DNA from: Blastocystis sp. Blastoise
Taxonomy: Eukaryota; Protista; Bigyra: Opalinata
Assembly: GCA_039096225.1 (NCBI GenBank)
Contig: JBBPEB010000034.1
Location: 1 to 64,000, forward strand
Direction: 5' to 3'
Length of the DNA: 64,000 bases
Shown here: one piece after another, positions 42,201 to 55,230 of the stretch
Position numbering within the stretch: the stretch's first letter is position 1
How the letters are laid out: the number at the start of each line of letters is the position of its first letter
Position numbers and translations under genes: made by a program
The notes under the pieces: model-generated
The model's database searches: none
What the model was told of the DNA's origin: nothing
The model's input: only the letters and a program-made list of their open reading frames with translations

Positions 42201-45200
42201 GTATATATATATATTATATTATAATAATATAATAATAATAATAATAATTATAGTATATCTGAATGTATATATACGACATGTCCATTAACCTATCCTTATC
42301 GATGTCCTCAAGGATATTGTGTTAAGAATGCTACTTTATGTCCTTCTTCAATTACATGTCCAATACATTATCATTTATCTCCTTCAAATCAATGTATTTC
42401 GGATTCTATATTTATTTTTGGTGAAACTTATAATTATCAATATGATAATAAATTCTTATATTTAAATTTATCTGAAAGTGCACCGAATACAAGATCAAAA
42501 AATATGAATTTATATTCATCTTCTTCTATTCTTAATAATAATATTCAAACTATTTCTTCTATTAAAACTATTAATAATAATAATAATGAAGAAACTACTT
42601 TATTTCCTTATCCTCTCTATCATAAAGATGCTTATAATAATATTATTTATGAAAAATCTTTAAATGAATCTACAATCATTAATATCTATACAAATTGTCC
42701 AAAAAACTTTTATAAATGTAATGATAATACTTGTGTTGTTTCTATGCTTGAATGTCCAACACATGTTTCATATCCTTTATATATTATTATATATTTATAT
42801 TTATTATATTTATTTATATATTTATATATTTTCTTTAATAACTTTACATGTCCTTCTCCTCTTGTATTATGTCCTGATAATACATGTAAACCTTCATCTT
42901 TTTATTGTTCTCAAACACCTCTTTGTCGATCTCCTTATATAAATTGTCCTAATGGAGGATGTGCTTTATTCTATCAACAATGTAGACCTAGTATCTTATG
43001 TACTTTTGAAAAACCTATTCTTTGTGATAATGGTACTTGTGTTGAAAATACTAAAGATTGTTATTCACAAATTCATTTTATTGAAAGAAATCAACAAGGA
43101 AGTATATATATATATTATATAATAAAAACTATAATAAAAACTATAATAAAATAAATCTTTAGAAACTACTACAAATATAACTATTCCTTCTTCTTCAATA
43201 TTATTAACTTCTCATTGTCCTTCTGCTTATCCATATTATTGTTCTTCTAGTAAAACATGTGTACGAAATAGTTTATTATGTTCAAGTCCTGTTATTTGTC
43301 CTACTACGAGTCCTATATTATGTGATACTGGTTATTGTGTATCTTCTTATTCATTATGTACTGATGAATCTAATTATCATTGTCCATTAGGATTCTATAT
43401 GTGTGATTATCAAAAAATATGTGTAGAACATTCTTATTTATGTCCTACTATATCTGTATGTAGAGATAATGAAATGAGATGTGAAGATGGAGGTTGTTAT
43501 ATGATTGAAGATAGTACTTATGGTGTTACCAATATATTCCCTTATATCTATAATTCTTTACAAGAATATAGTGAAGAATATTTAGATATAACAGAATATC
43601 ATGATAAATCTGATTTAAATATAAAAGATACAATAGAACAATGTGTTAGTAAATATTTAGAAATGTATATAGATGTATGTAATGTATATAATAATAAAGA
43701 AGATATAAATAATTGTATAAATAAAATAAAAGATCGATATCAACATTTATGTCCACGTAATTATCAATTTTATCCTTGTAGAAGATATAATATACATTAT
43801 AGTGATGATAGTTATTATATATATAGTATATCTCCCTATTTTATACCTACAGGAGATCCTATTGCTTCTATAGAAGGATCTTTAACTTCTATAAATAAAT
43901 ATTATTGGGATCCATTATCTACAGATACATCCTTTCAATCGAATATCTTATCGAATTCTATTCCTCCTCCTCTTTGTCCTAAAGGTAGTAAACGATGTAT
44001 AGAGGGTAGTTGTATATCTCAAAGTGAACAATGTCCTTCTTATCGTATATGTCCAAGAAATAAACCTATTTTATGTAGTGATGGATTATGTCATTATCAT
44101 CAGAATCAATGTCTTAATACTATTCATTGTCCTATTAATTATAAATTATGTAATGATGGTAGTTGTGTATTTATAACAAAGAAATGTCCATTATTATATT
44201 GTCCAACTACAAATCCTATATTATGTTGGGATCAATCATGTCATGTTTCTGAAGATGATTGTCCACCTATACCTCCTTATGTACCTTCGAATTGTCTTAA
44301 TGGAAAATGTATTACTACTGGAGCAAGACAAGTTACTAAATTTACTAGTTTCTGTAGTATTCATGGAGAATATGTTAAAGATCGAAGTGATTGTATTAAT
44401 GGATATGAAGGCTATTATAGTAGGTGTTTATTGTTTTTTTATTTTTTTTTTATTTTTTTTTATTTTATTATTTTATTATTTTATTATTTTATTATTTTAT
44501 TTTTTATTTTATTTATTTTATAATATCTTTTTATAATATATAATATCTTTTTTTATAGATAAATATTCAATGGAAAGTGATCATTATGTGACTGGTTTTT
44601 GTAGTTATGATAAATATTTATGTTCTGATGGTACATGTGTTCGTGATTCTTCTTTATGTTCTGAACCTTTATGTCCTATGTTTAAACCTTATAAATGTAT
44701 TTCAGGATTATGTGTATCTTCAAAAGAAGAATGTACATCGAATGATAATTGTAATAATGATCAATTTAGTGGATGGTGTCATAATACATTAATATGTTAT
44801 TCAAAAGATAGTTCAAAGAATAATATAGATATTTATCATTCTTCTTGTGATTGGACTTGTAATACTAATGGATATATACGTTGTTTAGATGGTACATGTC
44901 GTCAATCTATAGAAGATTGTCCTCTTTCGAATGGTTGCTCTTCTTCTAAACCTAAATCATGTTATAATGGTGAATGTATAAAAGAAGATGAAGAATGTAG
45001 TCGTATGTTTGTTTTGTTTTTTTTTTATTTTTTTTTTTATTTTATTTTATTTAATAATAATAATATTTATAATAATAAATAACTATTATCTAGCTTTATG
45101 TGTTGCTCCATATAAACAATGTGAGAATGGTTTATGTATGATATCTACTTTTTATTGTCCTTATTCTTCTTATTCATTTATTCCTGAAGATACATCTCCT

Positions 45201-48200
45201 TCTCCTTCTTTATTTGCTACTTCATTATTGAATAAAGATATAAATAATAATAATAGTTATATTAATAAAATAATGAATAATATAAAATCTATAATAAATA
45301 CTCTATATAATACAATAATCGATTCTTTTATGAAATATATGGATAAATCTTTCTTTACAGAAAATAATCTTCAGAAATCATCTCCTTTATTAAATGAATA
45401 TGAACATACATTAATAAATAATAATAATACTAATAAACTATCCTTATTTTCTTCAGAACTCTTTGAATCTCCTTTAGTTTATTTTGTAGATCGTCAATAT
45501 TTATATTCTTATTTTTCTGGTCTTCCTTCATTATGTAGTGAAGATAAACCAATTCGATGTGCTATAGGTATATGTGTGAAATCCTATACAGATTGTCCTT
45601 TGATTATGCCTTGTAATACAAGTAATTATAATACAAATTATATTCGTTGTTCTGATGGTAGTTGTCGTGCTTCTTCTTCTTTATGTACTGATCGAACTAT
45701 ATGTACATCTCCTTATAATTATATGTGTAAAACAGGATTATATAATGGATTATGTGTTGAAAAAGAAGAAGATTGTCTTAGTGATAATGGTAAGTTTATT
45801 ATTATTACATATATATATTAATTAATAAATAAATAATAATAATAAAATAATAATATATATAGGTTGTCCATTATCATCTCCCTATAAATGTCCAACAGGT
45901 CGTTGTGTGAGATATTCTTATAATTGTACAACTGAATATACCTATCATTCTTGTCCTCATGAAAGACCTTATAAATGTATTCGAGGAGAATGTGTAAGGA
46001 ATGCTAATGAATGTACATTTATTAATGGTTGTTCTCCTCTTCATCCTATATTATGTTCTAATGGTACTTGTGTTTCTACAAGAAATGAATGTTCTTCTAT
46101 TCTAAATTCTAATACATATTCTTGTCCTATAAATCAATCTTATATATGTCCAAATGGTCAATGTGTTTCTCATCCTTCACAATGTTTATTATTAAATAGA
46201 TGTTCTATATATCATTCTCAAGCATGTGCTTCTGGAGATTGTATTCCTTTACATGGTCAACGATATTCACCTATTTTATTATCTTTAAATATTATAAATG
46301 AAGATCAATCTGATAATTATTATAATTCTATAGAAAATTATACATTAATACAAGGAAAAGAAACAGATCAAGAAATTAGTTTTATATATAGAAGTTGTCC
46401 AAAAAGACCTATTTGTCCAAAAGATATTCCTTTTCTATGTGATGATATGAGTTGTGTAGCTCATTATAGTTTATGTAAACCATGTATAAATTGTAATGTA
46501 TGTTGTATTTTATTGTTTTTTTTTTGTTTTTATTTGTTTTTATTTATATAATAATAATAATATCTATATATAGCAAGATCCAGAAAAACTTCCTTTTTGT
46601 CCTTCACATTTACCTGTAGAATGTCCTGATGGTATATATATATAAATATATAATAATAATAATAATATTCTATAGGTACATGTGTATTAAATGAAGGTGA
46701 TTGTCCATTACTATCAAATTGTCCTGAGAATCTTCCTTATCATTGTTATAATGATTTATGTGTATCTTCTCCTCTTTATTGTGAAACATTAAATATAACA
46801 TTATTTTCATCTCTTCCTTCTCCTCTTTCTTTTTCTTCTATTACATTATGTCCTGATGGATCTTTTCGTGATATTTCTCTTTGTCCTCCTATTCCTCCTT
46901 GTCCTACTACATCTCCTAAAAGATGTCCTAATGGTATTTGTGTAGATATCAATATCGATTGTAATTCTATATTTATATCACCATCAGGACAACAAGTAGG
47001 AAGATCTATTTATTCACCTTATCATTATTATGATTATTCTATTTATTCTAAAGAAAAATCAAATCAAATTAATATTCATTATGATTCTACTACATTATCT
47101 ATTTTTATTCCTATTCTATATTCAAATAATAATACATATAGTTGCTTTATATCTACATATCAATTATGTTCAGATGGTATTTGTAGATTAACATGTCCTA
47201 TTACTTATGGATGTATGAACAATCAATTAAGATGTCCTGATTCTACATGTATATCTTTCAATTCAAATACAGAATCTACATTATCATGTAAAGGATTGTA
47301 TAATTGTCCAAATAATATGTATAGGTATGGTTGCTGTTTTTTATTTTATTTTATTTTTTTTTATTTATTTTAATTATTTTATAATAATAATAACAATAAT
47401 AATAATTTTTTATAGATGTTTTGATGGTAGTTGCCATTATTCTATATCAGAATGTTTATATTTAAATCCAAGAGATATACTTCCTTATGATTATCGTATT
47501 ACTTTATTAGGTCAAGAATCAAAACAAATTATTCTATATACTCAAACGAATGATTTTTATGGTTATATACATACACCTCATGGTATATATATTATATATA
47601 TTAATTAATTAATTAATTAATATATTATTTTTATATAGCTCAATTACATTCTACAAATTTACCAATATTTTTATCCATAACAACATTATCATCTTCACAA
47701 TTAAATCAATATACATATAAAGCTAATAATTATACACGTCTTCAAGAATTACGTTTTATTTCAGGAAAACCTATAGCTATATATGAACCTCCTCGATATG
47801 ATTCTTCTTTATTATCTTTGCATTTACCTGTAATTCAACATGGATTAATATTAAATTTAACTTTTATAGATATTTATAATAAACGTGTAGAATCGTTAAT
47901 GAATGCAATAGAGATCGATTTAATGTTCCCTCGTAAAGTATGGTTATTACCTCGTGTACTTCAGAATAATACTTATTATCGTCATCCATTAGATATTACA
48001 GAAGATGAACATTGTATTGCTAAATTAAATGAAAAACGAAATGAATTTGAATGTTTAGATGAAATTCAATATCGATTTGAAAAAAGTATGATTCTATGTA
48101 ATATCAAAGAAAGTGGTGTTTATGGTATTATTATAAGACCCAAATTATCAAAAGGATCTTATCCTTATATATATACAAATCAAAATTTCCAAATTAATAC

Positions 48201-51200
48201 AATTACAATGATTATTTGCTTTGTTTATCTTCCATGTTTTATTATTTTATTGTAAGTTGTTTTTTTATTTTTATTATATTATTTTTATTATATTTAAAAT
48301 TATTTATAAAAATAATATATAACTATTTCTATAGATATTTATTATTTATGTTCTTACGATATAAATTTCGATGGGATTTTATGAATAAGACCTTTGTGAA
48401 ATTAGAGACAACAAAAGAAAGTGATCGAATTGAAGATCAATGGCATAGTGAAACACAAGAATGGATCAATAGTGGTATTGATTTAAGAGATCGAGGTAAA
48501 TATCGATTAACAGAAAATCAATATGCTTTTGAAACTCAACAGAAAATGAAACAAGATGAATTATGGAAAGAAAAATCTATTATAGTAAATAAAAATGAAC
48601 AAGAAATTAAACGAAGAATTAAACGTATAAAAGCTTTACAAGTATATATTTATTATTATTATATAACTATAATATTACATTAAAAAATCCTTTTTATAGT
48701 TATATTATACTTATTTACAACAATTACAATTACAGCCTCATTCAATAACTCGTTCATTTAGTTCTCCTGGATATATATCATTACAATTTCCTTCAAGTGA
48801 TTCTTCTTCTATTCATAATGAACGTTCTTCTTCTATTAATAGTAATACAGATATGAATATACCTGAAGGAATAGATATAAATAATGTTGATTCTCATAGT
48901 ATTCCTTCATCAACAATAGGATCTACATCTCCTATTTTAAAATCAACAGATAATAATGATAAAGAACGTTTATTACCTTTATTACAAGCAACTATGAATA
49001 TGAATTTAGAACATTCATTATTTAGTCATAGTATTCATACAATATCATTTAATGAATATTATAATGCAAATATAACTCGATCTTATTCAATGAATAATTT
49101 CCATCGTACGAGTAGTACTTGTAGTACTTATGATCAAGATTCTATAAATAGACCATCTTTATATTTATCCTATTCACAATATCATCATAAAAATAGTAAT
49201 AGTTTTGATCATAAGATCAATTCTAGAGATCAAGATAGAGATCGATATCATTTATATAGTAATGATACTGAAGATTTATCTATGGGATTAGATATTGATG
49301 GAAGTGGAGATAGCTCTCATCTTTATAATAGTCGTAATAATAGTCATAATAATTCATTTTCTAATAATAATAATAAAAAGATGATAATCACAGCAGATTC
49401 TGTTGTAGGAAATCCTAATTTCTTACGTGGAGGAACTCTATTGAATATGAATCAAAGAAAGAATAATAATTATAATAATGAAGATATTCAAGAAAATAAT
49501 TCAAAGAATAATTTTAGTTTAAATTCTAGAAGAGAATTTTTATCAAAAACTATAGATCCGTCTACAATAAGAAATATGAGATCTTCTATGAATATACTAT
49601 CTTCACCAAAACAGAATCATCCTTCTAGAGCTTCTATGTCTATATTAAATATATCTCATGAACCTATAGTAGATTCTAAACATCAATCCATGAATTCAAG
49701 TGTTTCTATATCAAATTCTAAATCGAATTCTAATTCGAATTCTTCATCAAAACATAGTAGTTTAGATTCTTATAAATCAAAGAAAAATAATATTATTATT
49801 AATAATAATGAAAATAATGTTGATATTATTCATAAAGAAAATAATGAGAATAATAATGAATCCAATACACCTATAGAATCAACAGAAGAGAAACCTAAAC
49901 GTAAAGTAAAAAAGATTATTAAGAAACGTATAGTAAAGAAGATTGTTAAGAAAAATAGTAATTCTCCTGTTTCTGAAACTATTGAAGATAGAAAAGATGA
50001 TAATAATAATAATTTAAATGAAGATAATAAGAATAAGAAGAAAGTAAAGAAAATTATTATTCGTAAAGTTAAAAAAGGATCTAAAAGTCTAATAGAAGAA
50101 AATAACGATAGTATAGATGATAATAATAATCTTTCTTCTTCTAAATCTCCTCATGATCCAATCAATTCATCAACTATAAATAAGAATTGTGAAGAGAATA
50201 ATGAATTGCCTGATACTATAATATTAGATCGTAAATCATTATTAACAAGAAGATCCCTTAATATAGATGCTCTAAATGCATCAAAAATGAATCAAATGAA
50301 TAATAATAAGAATAATAATAATACAAATCGTGTGAAATCTATGGTTATTCTTCCTCAATCTTCTATTAATAATCAATCTATAAATCAAGAAAATAATAAT
50401 AATTCTTCTTCATCTCCTCATCCTATATCTATTTCAACTATATCTCCTACTCGATCAGGTATTCATTCTTATACTAATAGTCATTCACCTATTATTAATA
50501 ATTCAAATATACCTGTACCTATAGTATCTACTATAGATCCATCTAAACTATTAAATGATTCATCAATCAATATATCAAATCAAATTCCTATTTCTTCTAA
50601 TAATACATTATCTCATATACCTATATATACAAATAATAATTATCGATTAGATTTCAGTCAATCTCCTCTTCCTTTATGGAATAATAATAGATATAATTCA
50701 AATGGCTCTCCTTCTCTTGTCTCTCCTTCTCATCGAAATTCTTCTTTTGGCTATTATTCTGGACATCGAACTTCTTCTATTTCTTCTTCAGGATATTCAT
50801 CTCAAAACCCATTATCCTCTCCTAATCCATTAATATCTATTTCTTTGTCTCATTCTCATACTAATAATGAAAATATTATTGAAAATAATAAGAATAATAA
50901 TGAAAATATAATAAATAATGATGAAAAAATAAACAAAAAAACAAAAAGAATAAATCATAAAGAGAAATCAAAGAAACAAAAAAATAAAAATACTTTATTA
51001 ACAAGTTCTAATAGAAATACTAGTATATCTCCCATAAATCGTATTAGTCGAACTGTTATTCCTTCGGATCTCGATATTCAACAGGAACTCGATAATAAAG
51101 CTTATAGTCCTCCTCTATTTATTCCTCATTTACAAAATGATATAAAAACAGATAAAGAAGGTATAGAGAAAGATGGTTCTATTTCTTCTATTTCAACTAT

Positions 51201-51225
51201 CGACGAAAATGAAAATAAGGAGTAA
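30583..51225 (+). CDS. Giant type I membrane/surface protein: signal peptide, fibro-slime/PA14 domain, filamin/Ig-like repeats, Cys-rich repeats, TM helix, Ser/Asn-rich tail
   Basis: N-terminus MRIFYLLLFIYTTCLA. Fibro-slime-like motifs FRDYD, YFPLTD, LWVFINKHLFLDYGG, LGLIPGITYSISIFFASR, TQTNL. Repeated RD(I/E)YGN/YNN Ig-like motifs at 34-41 kb. Dozens of CP..P..C.DG.CV repeats at 41.5-47.5 kb. Hydrophobic IICFVYLPCFIILL at ~48.2 kb. Terminal ORF ends TAA 51223-51225. Dozens of short introns; not every junction was checked. Confidence 0.85.
34925..36064 (-). CDS. Tyrosine recombinase, 367 aa, 2 exons (36064-35594, 35557-34925)
   Basis: A 36-nt GT-AG intron joins the two ORFs in frame. Complete catalytic set: YSGLRHIE (R), ERSKTDQ (K), FTGHCFRRT (HxxR), GRWKS (W), VANQY (Y). 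From memory, motifs (PLKSxxRYE, PKKSxVL, GHCFRR, WKSxxVA) resemble CryptonI-type eukaryotic YRs. Confidence 0.93.
36665..36788. repeat. Imperfect ~60-bp-arm palindrome at the right end of the YR element
   Basis: TTTCAG...TGTGTAATATTTCAGTGTCTTAATTTTGATTGATTTCCC-TAC-GGGAAATACAACCAAAATATAAAACACTGAAAATTACACA...CTGAAA; the arms are reverse-complementary with a few gaps and mismatches. Confidence 0.85.
38419..38486 (+). other. U12-type AT-AC intron 2
   Basis: ATATCCTTTT ... TTTCTTTAAT CTATATAC|; removal gives in-frame PGTYK-TIPHLPT. Confidence 0.88.
39708..39772 (+). other. U12-type AT-AC intron 3
   Basis: ATATCTTTT ... TTTTCTTAAT AATCAC|; removal gives HLFD-SFNNTIEED. Confidence 0.85.
40511..40578 (+). 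other. U12-type AT-AC intron 4
   Basis: ATATCCTATT ... TTTCTTTAAT GAGTATAC|; removal gives HPGNL-TEYTLQLYY; unspliced read hits a stop. Confidence 0.85.
41000..41071 (+). other. U12-type AT-AC intron 5
   Basis: ATATCCTTT ... TTTCTTAAT AAACTTAC|; removal gives QYHYL-SLSPLEPEY. Confidence 0.88.
42770..42847 (+). other. U12-type AT-AC intron 6 (78 nt, stop-free, in frame)
   Basis: ATATCCTTT ... TTCTTTAAT AACTTTAC|; removal gives CPTHVS-CPSPLVLCPD and restores Cys-repeat spacing. Confidence 0.85.
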
Positions 51226-51345
51226 AGTAAGCATTATTGTTTTTTTTATAAATTTTATCTATATAATTTTTTTTTAATTTTTAGTTGTTTTAATATTGTT
51301 TGCTTTTATTTATATTATACACTATGGACATTTTTTCAGGTTTCT

Positions 51346-51556
51346 GTCAAAAGGTCCAACGACTTTTTTGTTTTGGTTTCCCCAGTGGTGAGCAGTGAAA
51401 ATTTTTAAATATGTAGCTGACAAAAGGTTATTTGATTTTTCTGTTTGGTTTCCCCAGTGGTGGAGCAGTGAAAAAATTTTAAAGGGTAGCTGACAAAAGG
51501 TCCAACGACTTTTTTGCTTTGGTTTCCCCAGTGGTGAGCAGTGAAATTTTTTGTCA
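51346..51556. repeat. Three 73-bp subterminal tandem repeats
   Basis: CAAAAGG...TTTGGTTTCCCCAGTGGTG(G)AGCAGTGAAA units start at 51348, 51421 and 51494. Confidence 0.92.
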
Positions 51557-51844
51557 GAGTTTCAGTGATTTTATAAAATCGAAAAGCAGTGCAAAAGTAT
51601 GACGCACCTTAAAACAATAATTGGCGAATAAAAATGGTTTTAAATATTCTCTATTTTTTCATTTATTGGTTTTTTTATTCTTTTTGTGGTGTAATAATAA
51701 ACGATATAACAAAACAAACAAATTAAATATTATCAAATAATCATAAAAACAAATAATAGAAAACAATAATAATAAATATATAAAAAAAAGATAATAAAAC
51801 ATATAATAAATAATATAATAAAATATATATAATATTTAATTTAT

Positions 51845-52511
51845 AATATTTCAACCAGGACAGTTTCAGTCTTTAATTTGCATTTAAGCCTAAGCAACCT
51901 ATATAAAGAGATGATATTAGTTAAGTATTACTAATAATAATATATATATAACATTTTAAAATAATAATAAAATAAAAAATATATACCTTTTCTAATCATT
52001 ACAAGACAGGCAAGGAATCAAAGACAAAGAACCATCCTATAAAAGATATATGATAAATAGTATAATGAATAAAACAATATAATTAAATATATATATATAC
52101 TTTTTATAAACCATTCTCTCCAATTAACAACAACGACAGCAACGGAACCCCTGGAAACCTATATAAAGATAGAGTAAGTTATATAATATAATAATATATA
52201 ATAAAGTAAATTAATATAGAATAATAAAATATAAATATATACATTAATGCTATATAAATATAAAGTGGGGTTAGTTATATAATATGTAATAGATAATATA
52301 GATGATATATACCTTCTTTTAACATTGATTCCTTCCATTCTAGACCTAAAGAACCCATCTATAAGAGAGCCACGACCACACACAAGAAGGACCAGAACGT
52401 TTAAGGAGACCAGCAAGTGTCAAAACACCAAGCAGAGACAGCTACTATAGAAAATGAATGAATAGAGTAGAAAAAATAAAATATAAAGAAACAGCAAACA
52501 CCTACCATCAT
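51845..52511 (-). other. Spliced-looking unit (about 5 GC-richer blocks separated by GT-AG AT-rich introns) without a long ORF
   Basis: Minus-strand donors and acceptors flank blocks at ~52444-52313, 52158-52101, 52036-51987 and 51898-51845. Every phase combination tried hits stops; the best product is a 33-aa peptide. Confidence 0.35.
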
Positions 52512-54350
52512 AATAGTATCATATATAATAAAATAAAAATAAAATTTAATAATATATCATATTAATCATATAAGATATAATAAAATAAATATGTGATAAG
52601 TCATGTAGCATTTTGTTTTGTTATAAAAGGGTGTAATAGGAATTTAGAAGATATAGCTGAAATAATGAAAATAAACATGAATAATCTCATATCTACTAAA
52701 TATAGAGAATCTTCATCATAAGAAAAATGAATGGTTAAGAATAAAAGAGAAAGAAAAATTTTATTTCTATGAGGAAAATGGATATTGTTATTGTTATTTT
52801 CAATTTATCATAATTATCATAAGTAATACAAAAATTGTTTTATTTTAAAGAATTATATAGTTATTTATCATTATATCATTTTATAATCAGTTTTGACTAT
52901 GGAAGAGTGATTTTTATCCTTAATTGTCAAAATTATTTTTAGTATCACTCAGTAAGTATAAGTCTTTTAAAAAATAAATATAGGTTACAATACAGACTTA
53001 TAGAGAAGACTCTGAAACTTCTATTTCCAGAATAAAAGTCATTTATATAATCCAGAATGATTGCCTGAATCATTATTTAAAGAATCAGTTTTATCACATA
53101 TCTTCAATAAAATTATAAAATAAAGAAAATGAAGATAAAAAGGTCTAGAGTCGAAAATGTTATGAAATATTATCTTTTTAATGTATTTGTCCCGATTTTT
53201 TATTAATCTGTTATCATAATATGACAAAGAGAGTGGTAAAAACATTTTAAAAGTGAATTAAAGCAATAATTGGAATCAAGTTAAAGTCTTCTAATACCTT
53301 TAAATAGACTTGAAATACATAGAGTAAGCATTTTTTCATGCAAATAGTGTTTTTCATTTAAATAATATCAAAAACAAATCAAAATAGTATTTTATAATTA
53401 CTCAGCAAGAACTTTTTCTAGTATTCAAGGACTTACTATTATCAAATATACGTATAAACAAACAAAAATCATATTTTATATATTTTTAGTTGAATAGTCG
53501 GAGTCGTGTTGATAGTTTATTATAAAACAAATGCAAAAATCACTTTTTTGTCAAAAAAAGTCTTATATCGATATATAGTTTTATTCATAATTTATTTATT
53601 GTCTACAAACTCTGTGTATTCATTTTAAGTGATTTTTAGTAAAACTAAAATTATTTGAAATACATATTCTAATTTCGAAAATGACAAAAACATATTATAT
53701 TACATATTTAGTGTTTAAATGAAGTTTAAAAGTTATTAAAATATCAATTAGTTAAAAAATATAAAATATTGAGAATCTCCATTTTTATGACTTGTCTTAA
53801 ATCACGTTAAAGGTGTATAATTGAATAGTTGCATTGATTATTTGTATGATTCTAGTAATATTTTCTAAGAATTTTGTTTTTTAACAAGAATAAATTCTTA
53901 ATTTATTGTTTATCAACTTAAAAATGTATTTAAATGATTATTTTCTTGTGTAAAAGGGTATAGTGGTTATATGAAAAAAAAATTACGCAGAATCATTTGA
54001 TAATATAATTTTGAAAAATGATAATTATTATTTTGAACTAAACTAATTTTTCACATATACTCATTATAAAACGACTTGAATAATCTTTTGAGAAGATTAT
54101 TTTGTTTTATAATACACTTAAGAAGTAATTGAATGTTATTGTGTCTCTTTTTGTTAAAAAGATTATTTTGAATGCTATTTTTGATTGATCTATATATTAT
54201 CAATGCATTCAATGATGAAATAAATACATATGTAAAGAAAAAATAGTAATTGATCTAATTTATCTTCATCTATTTGAATAGATAATTTTTGAAAAAATTA
54301 ATATAATATAATTATTGATACCTATATATAAAGAATTAGTTATGTAATTG

Positions 54351-54419
54351 ACCTTAAGACAGGAATTGAACCTGTTTTCTATCATAAACTGATAGATACT
54401 TACCAATATAAGCTTAAGG
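54351..54419 (-). tRNA. Atypical tRNA-like cloverleaf (TTT at the anticodon position; probably not a canonical tRNA)
   Basis: CCTTAAG-CTTA TATTGG TAAG-TAT-CTATC AGTTTAT GATAG-AAA-ACAGG TTCAATT CCTGT-CTTAAGG. Perfect 7-bp acceptor stem, 4-bp D stem, 5-bp anticodon stem, 5-bp T stem with TTCAATT loop/B-box. Lacks the 8-9 linker and U33. Confidence 0.65.
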
Positions 54420-54699
54420 ATAATATAGAATAAAAATACATAAATGAAAGTAAAATAGTAGGAATAATGAGTCAGTATGATGTGTAAGGATATATTTATA
54501 TATGTATAAGTGAAAAAGGATGCTAGAAGAAGGGAAAAGAAGTAAAAAAGAATAAAAGAGAAAGAAATATAAAGTAAATGAGATAGGGTCTTTAATTATT
54601 GAGATTAATAAAAAAAATGAAAAATAATTTATAATAAATGACAAAGATAGATATATAGAGATCTATAATAATAAGGAATGCAGAAGAGAAGAGGATTAG

Positions 54700-55230
54700 A
54701 GGATAAAGAATAAGAAGAAGATAAGGAAGATAAGGAAGAAGATAAGGAAGATAAGGAAGAATAAGAAGAAGATAAGGAAGAAGATAAGGAAGATAAGGAA
54801 GAATAAGAAGAAGATAAGGAAGAATAAGAAGAAGAAAAGAAGAATAGGAAGAAGATAAGGAAGATAAGGAAGAAGAAGAAAAGAAGAATAGGAAGAAGAT
54901 AAGGAAGAAGAAGAAGAATAGGAAGAAGAATAAGAAGATAAGGAAGAATAAGAAGAATAAGAAGATAAGGAAGATAAGGAAGAAGAAGAAGAAGATAAGG
55001 AAGAAGAAGAAAAGAAGAATAGGAAGAAGAAAAAGAAAAGAAGAATAGGAAGAAGATAAGGAAGAAGAAGAAGAATAGGAAGAAGAATAAGAAGATAAGG
55101 AAGATAAGGAAGAATAAGAAGAAGATAAGGAAGAAGAAGAAAAGAAGAATAGGAAGAAGATAAGGAAGAAGAAGAAGAATAGGAAGAAGAATAAGAAGAT
55201 AAGGAAGATAAGGAAGAATAAGAAGAAGGA
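54700..55230. repeat. GAA-based minisatellite (GAAGATAAG / GAAGAATAA / GAAGAATAG / GAAGAAAA units)
   Basis: Shuffled 8-9-nt units with repeated higher-order blocks, seen directly. Confidence 0.9.

Noticed and set aside
51346-51556. CRISPR-like repeat/spacer appearance
   Set aside because: Inter-repeat segments are themselves similar (copies 1 and 3 nearly identical), the context is eukaryotic and no cas genes are present; these are subterminal repeats.
54700-55230. Plus-strand EDK/EE repeat with in-frame TAA/TAG, suggesting stop-codon reassignment
   Set aside because: Intact genes here end in TAA (e.g. 51223, 20428, 61403) and long exons have no internal TAA/TAG; 8-nt units also shift frame.
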